DNA from: an uncultured Verrucomicrobiae bacterium
GTDB lineage: Bacteria; Verrucomicrobiota; Verrucomicrobiia; Chthoniobacterales; JAFAMB01
NCBI GenBank assembly: GCA_963837955.1
Contig: CAWIPH010000002.1
Span: forward strand, 3,648,001-3,712,000
Reading direction: 5' to 3'
Length of the DNA: 64,000 nucleotides
Shown here: piece after piece, positions 1 through 9,069 of the stretch
Position numbering within the stretch: position 1 is the stretch's first letter
Layout of the letters: the number at the start of each line of letters is the position of its first letter
Made by a program: the position numbers and the translations under genes
The notes under the pieces: generated by a model
Database searches by the model: none
What the model saw: only the letters and a program-made list of their open reading frames with translations
What the model was told of the DNA's origin: nothing

Positions 1-737
1 AATGCGCTGATTTTCCGACGACGGTCCGGCAACTCTTGAACCAGGAGCTTTGGTATGATCGGTTCGCTTTCGACCGCGATCGGATCTTGTTTTCCAAGCG
101 TGATTCGCGGATGCGCAGTAAGCCACTCGAGGCATCGACAAAACTGTTCCTGGCTGAGCATCATCATCCCTGGCAGGGCGCCGTCATTAAACTCGCGTAG
201 CCGGTCCAAGATTCTCTGATCTTCGACGGAACAAGAATACGTTTTGGTTCGATCCAGCGCACTGGCTAGTAATCGTCTGCCAGCACTCTCTATCTCACAG
301 CCAAGCACGATTTGATTGCGCTCCCAGCCAGAGAGGAACGTAGGAGGTATGACAAAAAATGCGGTGATAACGGGATGCTCTTCGCCAACAACCAGGCGAG
401 GACCCCGTGGCGTGATTGGCACCGGCGCCAAAGGTTTGGCTGTCAAAGATTCGCGCGGTCGCAGGTAAGCCAGTCCGATCGCTAAGGAGTGCGGACAGAT
501 TTTTCCCCACTCTTGCGATTCCCGGCAGGAACACAGATTTTCAATATCAGTCCTGGTTCGAATCTTTAGGCCAGCCCGATATTCTGTCGCTCCCTCGCGC
601 ACCAGTCCTTTGAGGATTGGGGGCGTATAGTTAAAGCTTACTACTCGGCCCATCTCAACCAGCGCTCGGGCGTGTTTCATCGCTTGCCATCCGCCCGCGT
701 CCATGAGGAACCGCTCGTTAAATTCAACCGCCGACAT
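1..737 (-). CDS. SWIM zinc-finger protein, N-terminal part (likely SNF2-family helicase); runs off the window edge
   Basis: Manual translation from ATG at 737 gives MSAVEFNERFLMDAGGWQAMKHARAL...NLCSCRESQEWGKICPHSLA, a CxC-x9-CxH SWIM motif. Not in the ORF track. The SNF2 call is inferred from the common domain architecture. Confidence 0.7.
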   Translation of the reverse strand, partial: MSAVEFNERFLMDAGGWQAMKHARALVEMGRVVSFNYTPPILKGLVREGATEYRAGLKIRTRTDIENLCSCRESQEWGKICPHSLAIGLAYLRPRESLTAKPLAPVPITPRGPRLVVGEEHPVITAFFVIPPTFLSGWERNQIVLGCEIESAGRRLLASALDRTKTYSCSVEDQRILDRLREFNDGALPGMMMLSQEQFCRCLEWLTAHPRITLGKQDPIAVESEPIIPKLLVQELPDRRRKISA

Positions 738-909
738 AGGGAGCGTAAAGAACAACAAACGTATCCGGACCGCAAGATCTGGCGCAGCAACGACAAATAA
801 GCCGAGGGTCTTTCGATTTCCACCCAGCGGGTCGCGGTTGGAAAGAGAATATTAACTAAAACCCGAAATTACCACGGAACCGCCCCAATCGTCCAAAATC
901 GCCCATAAA

Positions 910-1118
910 GGTAGGGCGAAAACCTCGGCGCCGGAAATGCTGCCATGCCTGTTTATGTCGATCGCGCCGGGTTTGAGCCGTGCGCGGAAACGATAGGTAT
1001 TACGCCTTCCCCTAGCGTTCATCAAAAGGGGCTAGGATCGGCAGAAAGAAGATTTCTGGCGATCCACGAAACGGCTCAAGCCGATCCCGCGGAGACGGTA
1101 TCAGGCTTTCGCCCTACC
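910..1118. repeat. GTAG-type REP/REPIN-like palindromic element (family A)
   Basis: Ends GGTAGGGCGAAA ... TTTCGCCCTACC. The first 22 nt are identical to the copy at 46035. Confidence 0.85.
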
Positions 1119-1245
1119 AAGAATGGGTGATGGCGCTCGAAAATCGGCAAGCCTCAGTTGAGATCTTCGAACTCACTGGGGAGCTGCAGTTTACCGCAAT
1201 TTTCTCCTTTGCTTGTCGATCCCTGCAAACGAAACTAGGGCACGG

Positions 1246-2058
1246 ATGAAGTTATTCGCGATCGCCAATCAGAAAGGGGGTGTCGGCAAAACCACGACCG
1301 CCGTCAATTTGTCGACCTGCCTTGCGGAAAAGGGTAAGCGCGTCCTGCTCATCGATCTCGATCCCCAGGCGAACGCGACAAGCGCGATCGGATACGATGA
1401 CGGCGAAGGAAATAGTTTGTATCGAGCGCTCATTGGACATGCGCGCCCAGAAGATAAGATAAAACCGACCCGCATCACCGGTTTGTCCATTATTCCCGGA
1501 GATCTGGATCTGGCCGGCGCCGAGATTGAAGTTGCCCGTTTTGACGATCATCTGACCCGCCTCCGGGACGTGATGAAGACGATTCCAGCTTCTGCACCTT
1601 TTGACTACGCGTTTTTGGATTGCCCGCCATCGCTCGGTATCCTCATGACCAACGCGTTAGCCGCCGCCGATGAGCTGATTATCCCGCTGCAGTGTGAATA
1701 TTTGGCGCTGGAGGGTCTTTCCAAGATTATCCAGCTGATCGAGCAGATTCGCATAGTGAATACGGGTCTCACCATTCAAGGGATTTTGATGACGATGTTT
1801 GATGCTCGCACCAATCTCAGCCAACAGGTCGTTGACGAGGTTCGGCGACATTTTGAGAACGTCATTTTTCGTACGATCATCCCGCGCTCTGTGCGATTAG
1901 GAGAAGCACCCAGCTTTGGCAAACCGATTATCGAATACGAACCCCACGGGATCGGAGCGACGGCCTATCGCGCGCTCGCTGAAGAGTTTTTGCGCAGAGA
2001 TTTGCATCCGGGCCTGGCAGCCAATGGTGCCGGGAACAAGTCGGACCAGCGCTTTTGA
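1246..2058 (+). CDS. parA: ParA/Soj family ATPase
   Basis: NQKGGVGKTTT deviant Walker A, LIDLDPQANAT, DCPPSLG, IPRSVRLGEAPSFG. ATG at 1246 is preferred over TTG at 1213. Confidence 0.93.
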   Translation: MKLFAIANQKGGVGKTTTAVNLSTCLAEKGKRVLLIDLDPQANATSAIGYDDGEGNSLYRALIGHARPEDKIKPTRITGLSIIPGDLDLAGAEIEVARFDDHLTRLRDVMKTIPASAPFDYAFLDCPPSLGILMTNALAAADELIIPLQCEYLALEGLSKIIQLIEQIRIVNTGLTIQGILMTMFDARTNLSQQVVDEVRRHFENVIFRTIIPRSVRLGEAPSFGKPIIEYEPHGIGATAYRALAEEFLRRDLHPGLAANGAGNKSDQRF

Positions 2059-2139
2059 GTGATCGAATCCTGGCCTATCGGGTATATTTTGATTGCCCTA
2101 CCGATTAAGTCGGGTATACTCCGGCCAAAGGAGGCGCGT

Positions 2140-2646
2140 ATGAAAATCAGTTCCCCAACGCTTAGCACCTTTAATGAGGAGCATCGCCCCGCCGGATTTC
2201 GTTTAACCGTTGCGGGTCTTGTCAGTCGCACCCAGCAGTTTTCAGTTCGAGGTCTTCAGGATTATTTCTCTGAAAGGGTATTTGCCGCACCGGGATCGCG
2301 CGCCACTTCTTTAGCTTCATCCAGTCCGGACTCCTGGACCGGATGTACGCTCAATGAGCTGCTCGACTTTGTCGGGGTATCGCCTCAAGCCAAGCACGTC
2401 GAATTTGTCGGGCTCACCCGAGATCAAGACTCGGCAAGTCTGAGCGTCAAGTCCGTTTCGATCCCGATCGAAGAGCTTGAGAATACCGAGATTGGCTTGG
2501 TGTGGGAAAACGCCGGACAACCAGTTGCTGCGGATAGCGGTGGACCATTACTCGTTCTATTGCCGAGCGAAGGCGGTTTTGAAACGGTTGCGGGACTGTC
2601 GCGTATCAATTTGATCATCGTTCCCGCCGTTCGCGTAGACCCGTGA
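2140..2646 (+). CDS. Degenerate sulfite-oxidase-type molybdopterin-binding-fold protein
   Basis: SD AAGGAGG precedes ATG 2140. FRLTVAGLV, WTGCTLNELL, HVEFVG, SIPI and GQP..GGPL motifs follow the Oxidored_molyb fold, but the catalytic residues appear lost. Confidence 0.65.
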   Translation: MKISSPTLSTFNEEHRPAGFRLTVAGLVSRTQQFSVRGLQDYFSERVFAAPGSRATSLASSSPDSWTGCTLNELLDFVGVSPQAKHVEFVGLTRDQDSASLSVKSVSIPIEELENTEIGLVWENAGQPVAADSGGPLLVLLPSEGGFETVAGLSRINLIIVPAVRVDP

Positions 2647-2694
2647 TTCTTTGCGCTGGCGTACACGCGCCGTTATCACAACTGATCGCGAACC

Positions 2695-3203
2695 GGACTG
2701 GTAGGGCAAAACGGTCTGGCGGCCGCGCATGGGCTCCAACATAAGAGGAAGGACTATGCACCGAGAGGAGTCGTCCTGGAGGGACTAAATGAAAGTAGCC
2801 CAGTACGAAGTGCTGGGTTCGCGTTCAAAAAAAACGACCCGTCCCGGACGGGACGATCGACCACCGCTTGCGCTCGTAAAATCGCATTGGAGACCAATAA
2901 CTGAACGTTTCGATCGTCCCTATCGGGACGGAATCGCCTTTTATGCCATTACCCAGCAATAAATTGCTGGGCTACTTTCATCGCGTCCCTGCGGGACGGA
3001 CGTCCCTTTTTGCATTATTCCCCAGCACTTCGTACTGGGCTTCTACTTTCATTCAGTCCCTTCCTCCTTCGCGCCGAAGCTCGAAGAGCGAAGGCGGTCT
3101 CCGGGCTACGGCGGACAAGCCGGGACAAGTCTTCTGCGCATGCTTCTAAGCCTTAGGTTGACGCGGATTCGCGGCCGCCAGACCGTTTTGCCCTACCCAG
3201 TCC
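2695..3203. repeat. Composite nested palindromic repeat (GTAG arms enclosing a family B element enclosing a family C insert)
   Basis: GTAGGGCAAAACGGTCTGGCGGCCGCG at 2701 and its inverse at about 3170-3196. Internal ATGAAAGTAGCCCAGTACGAAGTGCTGGG and CCCAGCACTTCGTACTGGG arms. Insert at 3062-3119. Confidence 0.85.
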
Positions 3204-3257
3204 GAGCGTTGGCGATCACCCGATTGCAAATTGGGTTCTCTGCCATAATCTAAGCCG

Positions 3258-4418
3258 GTGATTTCGTTTCGCGGGATTCTTTCCGGGCTATTGTTGGCAC
3301 TCTCACAGATTTATTTTGCCACCGGAGCCGAACTGCGGGGCGCTTGGGTCGCCTCGGTCTACAATCTTAATTTTCCTTCGCATACGGGCCTTTCTGTCAC
3401 TGAGCAAAAAGAACAGATTCGGCGATTGGTTGATGTGGCCGCTAATGCTGGATTGAACGCTCTGATGGTCCAAGTGCGTCCGGAAGGAGACGCGCTTTAT
3501 GAATCCAGTCTCGAACCGTGGAGCCGCTTCCTGACCGGGACGCAAGGCGCCGCTCCTGGTTACGATCCCCTGACAACCTTCCTAGAAGAAGGAAGACGTC
3601 ACAACCTTGCGATCCACGCGTGGATCAATCCATACCGCGCAGTGGCAACCGCGAGCAATGCGTGTGCGAGCACACACGAAGTTTACCAGAACAAAGGCGC
3701 AGTTCGCCGGGTAGGCTCTTCACTCTGGATGGATCCCGGTGATGTGGCCGTTCGGCAACACGTGATCCATGTTATCAAAGATTTGGTAAGCCGTTACTCG
3801 GTCGCGGGTGTGATTTTAGATGATTATTTCTATCCCTATCCAGGCCGAGGCTTTCCGCGTGGCACGTTTCCGGATGGAACAACTTACGCACGATATCGGG
3901 CCGAGGGAGGCAAACTGGCGATTGACGATTGGCGCCGGCACAATGTCGATCTGCTAATCGAAGGTCTACACGTGGCCGTCAAAGAAACCCGGCCACAAGC
4001 ACTCTTTGGAGTCAGCCCTTTCGGAATTTACACGATCGGAGCGCCGCCGACCGTGCACGTGGAGTTGGATCAATACCGGGATTTATATGCGGATCCAGTG
4101 AAATGGATGAAAGAAGGCTGGGTTGATTATCTCTCTCCCCAACTTTATTGGCGAGACGCCAGTCCCCAAAGCTATTCGGCACTCCTGCAGTGGTGGCGCA
4201 GTAGCGAAGCCAATCCCCACGGTGTCCCGATTTTTCCAAGCATCGCTCTGGAACGGCTTGGCGCTGGCTACGGTTGGCCGGCTAGCGAGATCGCCCACCA
4301 GCTTAGCCTGGAGCGCTCGATCAAACCGCGACCGGAAGGAGGATTTATCCTGTGGAATATCGGACCTCTCTCCGCGAATCGAAAAGGTGTTGCGAAGGTG
4401 ATCGCGGAGGCGCGGTAG
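3258..4418 (+). CDS. GHL10/DUF187 (YddW/DigH-like) glycoside hydrolase, exported
   Basis: ELRGAWVASVYNLNFP, QVRPEGDALY, HAWINPYR, DDYFYPY, FGVSPFG, DYLSPQLYW; N-terminal signal peptide. Confidence 0.88.
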   Translation: MISFRGILSGLLLALSQIYFATGAELRGAWVASVYNLNFPSHTGLSVTEQKEQIRRLVDVAANAGLNALMVQVRPEGDALYESSLEPWSRFLTGTQGAAPGYDPLTTFLEEGRRHNLAIHAWINPYRAVATASNACASTHEVYQNKGAVRRVGSSLWMDPGDVAVRQHVIHVIKDLVSRYSVAGVILDDYFYPYPGRGFPRGTFPDGTTYARYRAEGGKLAIDDWRRHNVDLLIEGLHVAVKETRPQALFGVSPFGIYTIGAPPTVHVELDQYRDLYADPVKWMKEGWVDYLSPQLYWRDASPQSYSALLQWWRSSEANPHGVPIFPSIALERLGAGYGWPASEIAHQLSLERSIKPRPEGGFILWNIGPLSANRKGVAKVIAEAR

Positions 4419-4530
4419 TATCAGACTGCCGAAGGCCCGTTGAGAGATCAGTCTCGAAGGGGCCCAACGAAAGTAGAAGCCCAATACTTCAGTGCTGGCA
4501 CATGGGCAGCACGAAGGACCCCCGAATCAC

Positions 4531-5448
4531 TCACGAGCCAGTGTCCACTTTGTCCATCCCTGAATCTGTCGGAAAGATCGTGCGGTAAGCTGCGGCGAGA
4601 CTTGCTGCCTCTTCCCTCGAGAGCCGGGTTAATGGAGGTCGCACATTCGACCATCGGCTTTCCTCCTTGCAGTGGGCAAGGAGAGCTTTGACCGCTGGCG
4701 TCACCGGATATTTCAGTATCTCTGTGACAAGCTCGGAAATCCGGAGATCTTCTTCTCCGCGCCCAATTAATTTCAGAAGAACCGCGGGGCAAATATTGGC
4801 AAGCCCGGAGATAGCGCCCTTCGCTCCAAGGCGTACGCCGGCACCAAGATGACGTTCGTCTCCGATAAGAATCATGAGATCGCGATGATTAGCCAAGAGT
4901 TTCTCGGTAAAGGCCCAATCGCCGCCGGAATCTTTGACACCCACCACAAGTTCAGGAAAGGCAGTCTTTAGTCGACCGATGAGATCGATCGAGAGCGGCA
5001 CTTGGGTTACTGACGGGATATGATAGAGGATTACCCCGAGTGCTCGATGCGCAATCTTTTCAAAAACTCGGGCAAACCATTGATAGAGCCCGTCATCTTT
5101 CACTCCCTTGAAGTAGAAGGGTGGCGCCAGCAGGATTCTTCGGCAACCGGTATCGTTCAGAATGCGCGTTTGCTCCACGGCGTCGCCAATCGACGCCGAC
5201 GAGACACCGCCTACTATCTGGAGGCTCGGATCGATTCCAGCGGACAAAAGCGCGCCGAGAATCTGCCCACGCTCGGTGAGACTGACCGAGGCTCCTTCGC
5301 CGGTGGTGCCGAAAATTGTTAGGCTGGAACAGCCAGCATCCAAGCACCAGCGCGCATGGGCAAGGAGCCGACTATAGTCGATGGTCAAGTCATTATCTAT
5401 CGGCAAAGCCAAAGCACACGAGAGACCAAATTGATCGCCGGGATTCAT
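4531..5448 (-). CDS. DHDPS/NAL-family aldolase
   Basis: GTTGEG, LYHIP and GVKDS (Schiff-base Lys) motifs. Confidence 0.85.
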   Translation of the reverse strand: MNPGDQFGLSCALALPIDNDLTIDYSRLLAHARWCLDAGCSSLTIFGTTGEGASVSLTERGQILGALLSAGIDPSLQIVGGVSSASIGDAVEQTRILNDTGCRRILLAPPFYFKGVKDDGLYQWFARVFEKIAHRALGVILYHIPSVTQVPLSIDLIGRLKTAFPELVVGVKDSGGDWAFTEKLLANHRDLMILIGDERHLGAGVRLGAKGAISGLANICPAVLLKLIGRGEEDLRISELVTEILKYPVTPAVKALLAHCKEESRWSNVRPPLTRLSREEAASLAAAYRTIFPTDSGMDKVDTGS

Positions 5449-5473
5449 TGCTATTTTCGTTCTTGGCGTCTGG

Positions 5474-6418
5474 TTAAGTGAGCGGATTTTTCGGAGAAAG
5501 ACCGGTCAGCACCCTGACAATCTCCTCGATCGCGCTTCGGCGAAGCTGCAGGTTTGCTTCCTCCGAGTACCAAGCCACATGGGGGCTCAGCACGATATTT
5601 TCCAACGCCAAATATTCCGACGGAACGTTGGGCTCCTCCTCAAATACATCGATCCCGGCTCCGCAGATTTGGCCGGTTCGAAGCGCCCTGATTAGAGCAG
5701 CGCTATCAACCAGACCACCGCGGCTGACATTGACTAAGATGGGTTTCCGTTTCATCTGCGCGATTGTGCTGTCGTTGATTAGGTGATGGTTTTCCTTGGA
5801 GAGCGGCAAGTGCAGGCTGATAATGTCGCAGATTTCGTAGATCTGTTGCGGAGTTGTAAAACCAACACCTATCGCGGCAAATTGTTCTTCGCTTAGAAAG
5901 GGATCGAACGCGACAACTTCACGGACAAACGGCTGAATGCGTTTGGCGAAGGCTGTTCCGATTCTTCCGAGACCTAGAACCCCAACGCGGAGGGTACTCA
6001 GACGGGGGATTTGCCACGGAAGCACGTAACCCCATTCTCCCTTCCTCACCTTGAGGTCATACGAGAGGATGCGGCGGTGTACCGCAAAACAGAGCGCGAT
6101 TGCGTGATTGGCTACTTCTTCGGTTCCGTAATCTGGTACGTTACAGACGAGAATGCCGCGCTTCTTGCAGCTATCGATGTCGATGATGTCGTAGCCTACG
6201 CCGAGACGCACAATCACTTTGCAATTGTCGAGCCTTGCCACAACGCTTGCGCCGACCGGAACATTCGTCGTCAATAATGCGTCGGCACTTTTAGCGACCC
6301 TGATAACGTCATCCTCATTCTTTACCAGACAGGGAACCAACTGAATGTTTGTGCCAGCAAGCACATCGTTTTCGACAGAGAGATCGGGGTATTGCGGATC
6401 CAAATAGAAAATTTTCAT
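5474..6418 (-). CDS. D-2-hydroxyacid dehydrogenase (CtBP-like)
   Basis: RLGVGYD, NVPDYGTEEVA, GLGRIG, NVSRGGLV, GIDVFEEEP, SPHVAWYS. Start ATG 6418. Confidence 0.9.
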   Translation of the reverse strand: MKIFYLDPQYPDLSVENDVLAGTNIQLVPCLVKNEDDVIRVAKSADALLTTNVPVGASVVARLDNCKVIVRLGVGYDIIDIDSCKKRGILVCNVPDYGTEEVANHAIALCFAVHRRILSYDLKVRKGEWGYVLPWQIPRLSTLRVGVLGLGRIGTAFAKRIQPFVREVVAFDPFLSEEQFAAIGVGFTTPQQIYEICDIISLHLPLSKENHHLINDSTIAQMKRKPILVNVSRGGLVDSAALIRALRTGQICGAGIDVFEEEPNVPSEYLALENIVLSPHVAWYSEEANLQLRRSAIEEIVRVLTGLSPKNPLT

Positions 6419-6732
6419 GGATTGCTCCAGATGATTTTCAACGCGCATTTGCATCGGCCGGTGCGTTGATCCCGTTGGTAACCGAGCCGATGGTTTAATT
6501 CGAAACGCACTTTAGCTAACTCTGGAGCGGTTTCTTTCACAAAGCGCGGCTGCGACACAGTCTGGAGAAAGAATGATGTCTTTTTCAGATTTCCCATAAC
6601 GCGTTGCCCCAAGGACCGCTACCGTTCCCCGTTTCCTAACTCCTTGCGAGGCTATTCTAAGACGCACCTTTGGTGTTTTTGTTGGCTCGCAGCTTGCAGA
6701 TTCAGGTACGCACACAGAGAGTTCGGGCATTC

Positions 6733-7716
6733 ATGGATTATCTTTCTTTGGGCAAAACCGGTTTAAAGGTTTCCCGCATCTGCCTAGGCTGCATGAGCTA
6801 TGGCTCCTCTAAGCGCCGAGAATGGATATTGGACGAAGAGCAGTCACTCCCGTTCTTCAAGCAGGCGATCCAAGCAGGAATTAATTTTTTCGACACCGCC
6901 GATATGTATAGCGACGGATTGAGCGAAGAGGTAACCGGACGCGCGCTGAAAAAGCTCGGGTTGCGCCGGGAAGAGACGGTCATCGCCACGAAGGTATACT
7001 ACCCGATCGGAGATACGCCAAACGAGCGCGGCACTTCAAAGAAGCATATTCGTCATGCTATCGACGCAAGCTTGCAGCGTCTGGGCGTCGACTACGTCGA
7101 TTTGTACCAAATTCATCGCTACGATCGGACGACCCCCATCGAAGAGACGCTGGAGGCTCTGACCGAAGTCGTAAACCAAGGGAAAGCGCTCTACATCGGC
7201 GCTTCCAGTATGTACGCATGGGAATTCGCCAAATTTCTTTGGGTCGCGGAGACGCACGGCTATGCGCGCTTCGTGACGATGCAGAATCATTATAATCTGG
7301 TCTATCGAGAAGAGGAACGCGAAATGATTCCGCTTTGTCGCGCGGAAGGGATCGGGATCATTCCCTGGAGCCCGTTAGCCAGAGGGTTTTTGGCCGGAAA
7401 TCGCAATCGACAAGAAAAAGGCGAAACCACCCGCGCTAGATCTGATAAGTTTGCCCACGGTCTTTATTACCAAGATTCCGATTTTGCTATCGTTGATCGG
7501 GTTACGCAACTTGCTCAGAAACGAGGCGTATCCAACGCGCAGATCGCACTTGCCTGGATGTTGCACAAGCCAGGTATCACTGCTCCTATCGTCGGCGCTA
7601 CCAAACCGCATCATCTTGACGATGCTGTGGAAGCGCTTGAGGTAAAATTGGACAGTGACGAAATCAGCGCGTTGGAAGAACCGTACCAGCCACATCCGGT
7701 CTTAGGAATCGATTGA
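6733..7716 (+). CDS. Aldo/keto reductase, copy 1 (327 aa)
   Basis: LGCMSYG, FFDTADMY, IATKV, DLYQIHR, MQNHYNL, PWSPLARG. Start taken as ATG 6733 by alignment with copy 2. Confidence 0.93.
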   Translation: MDYLSLGKTGLKVSRICLGCMSYGSSKRREWILDEEQSLPFFKQAIQAGINFFDTADMYSDGLSEEVTGRALKKLGLRREETVIATKVYYPIGDTPNERGTSKKHIRHAIDASLQRLGVDYVDLYQIHRYDRTTPIEETLEALTEVVNQGKALYIGASSMYAWEFAKFLWVAETHGYARFVTMQNHYNLVYREEEREMIPLCRAEGIGIIPWSPLARGFLAGNRNRQEKGETTRARSDKFAHGLYYQDSDFAIVDRVTQLAQKRGVSNAQIALAWMLHKPGITAPIVGATKPHHLDDAVEALEVKLDSDEISALEEPYQPHPVLGID

Positions 7717-7808
7717 CGGTTAGCCGTCTGCCGGTAGCAGTTAAGCGGTCGCGGGTTCATCGCAAGAACAATGCAGATTCATCCGCGTACCAAGACATTT
7801 CAAACGTC

Positions 7809-8792
7809 ATGGACTATCTTTCTCTAGGAAATACCGGTTTAAAGGTTTCTCGCATCTGCCTAGGCTGCATGAGCTATGGTTCCTCGCAATGGCGCGATTG
7901 GGTACTCGACGAAGAACAGTCGTTCCCTTTCTTCAAACAGGCGGTCGAAGCGGGTATCAATTTCTTCGACACCGCCGATATGTACTCTAACGGAGCGAGC
8001 GAAGAGGTAACCGGTCGCGCGCTTAAGCAGCTCGGGTTGCCTCGCGAACAAACGGTGATTGCCACGAAGGTGTATAACCCGATGGGAGATACCCCGAACG
8101 AACGCGGCACTTCAAAGAAGCATATTCGTCATGCCATCGACGCAAGCTTGCGGCGTCTGGGCGTGGACTACGTCGATTTGTACCAAATTCATCGTTACGA
8201 TCCAACGACCCCGATCGAAGAGACGCTGGAGGCTTTGACCGAAGTCGTAAACCAAGGAAAAGCGCTCTACATCGGCGCTTCCAGTATGTACGCATGGGAA
8301 TTCGCCAAATTTCTCTGTGTCGCGGAGACCCACGGCTATGCGCGCTTCGTGACGATGCAAAATCATTACAATCTGGTCTATCGAGAAGAGGAACGCGAAA
8401 TGATTCCGCTCTGTCGCGCGGAAGGGGTCGGCATCATTCCCTGGAGTCCTCTAGCCAGAGGCTTTCTGGCTGGAAACCGCACCGCCCAGGAAAAAGGCGA
8501 AACCACTCGCGCTAAATCGGATAGTTTCGCGCACCGGCTCTACTACCAGGATTCCGATTTTGAGATCGTCGACCGTGTCACCGGACTGGCCAAGAAACGA
8601 GGCGTATCCAACGCGCAGATCGCCCTCGCTTGGATGCTGCATAAACCTGGCATTACCGCTCCCATCATCGGCGCAACCAAAGCTCATCATCTGGATGACG
8701 CGATCAAAGCTCTGCAGGTGAAGTTGGATCCTGAGGAAATCCAAACACTCGAAGAACCGTATCAGCCGCACCCAGTGCTCGGGATCAGTTAG
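7809..8792 (+). CDS. Aldo/keto reductase, copy 2 (327 aa)
   Basis: Same motifs and same length as 6733-7716; tandem paralog. Confidence 0.93.
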   Translation: MDYLSLGNTGLKVSRICLGCMSYGSSQWRDWVLDEEQSFPFFKQAVEAGINFFDTADMYSNGASEEVTGRALKQLGLPREQTVIATKVYNPMGDTPNERGTSKKHIRHAIDASLRRLGVDYVDLYQIHRYDPTTPIEETLEALTEVVNQGKALYIGASSMYAWEFAKFLCVAETHGYARFVTMQNHYNLVYREEEREMIPLCRAEGVGIIPWSPLARGFLAGNRTAQEKGETTRAKSDSFAHRLYYQDSDFEIVDRVTGLAKKRGVSNAQIALAWMLHKPGITAPIIGATKAHHLDDAIKALQVKLDPEEIQTLEEPYQPHPVLGIS

Positions 8793-9069
8793 GTTGCAGG
8801 TTAGGGGTTGGCCGCTCGAATCTGCTATCTGCTATCTGCTATTTCATTCGAGCCTTGGGCGAGAATGATCAACTGCACGTGAAGTTGGATCCTGAGGAAA
8901 TCCAAACACTCGAAGAACCGTATCTGCCGCACCCGGTGCTCGGGATCAGTTAGAGGCTACAGGTTGCGGGGTGCAGGTTACAAGTTGCAGGTTAGGGGTT
9001 GGCCGTTCGAATCTGCTATCTGCTATCTGCTATCTGCTATTTCATTCGAGCCTAGGGCGAGAATGATCA
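8712..9069. repeat. Tandem duplication (8712-8871 and 8873-9069) of the AKR 3' end plus intergenic DNA, with heptamer arrays
   Basis: GTGAAGTTGGATCCTGAGGAAATCCAAACACTCGAAGAACCGTATC...GAGAATGATCA occurs twice; (CTGCTAT)3 versus (CTGCTAT)4. Confidence 0.92.
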
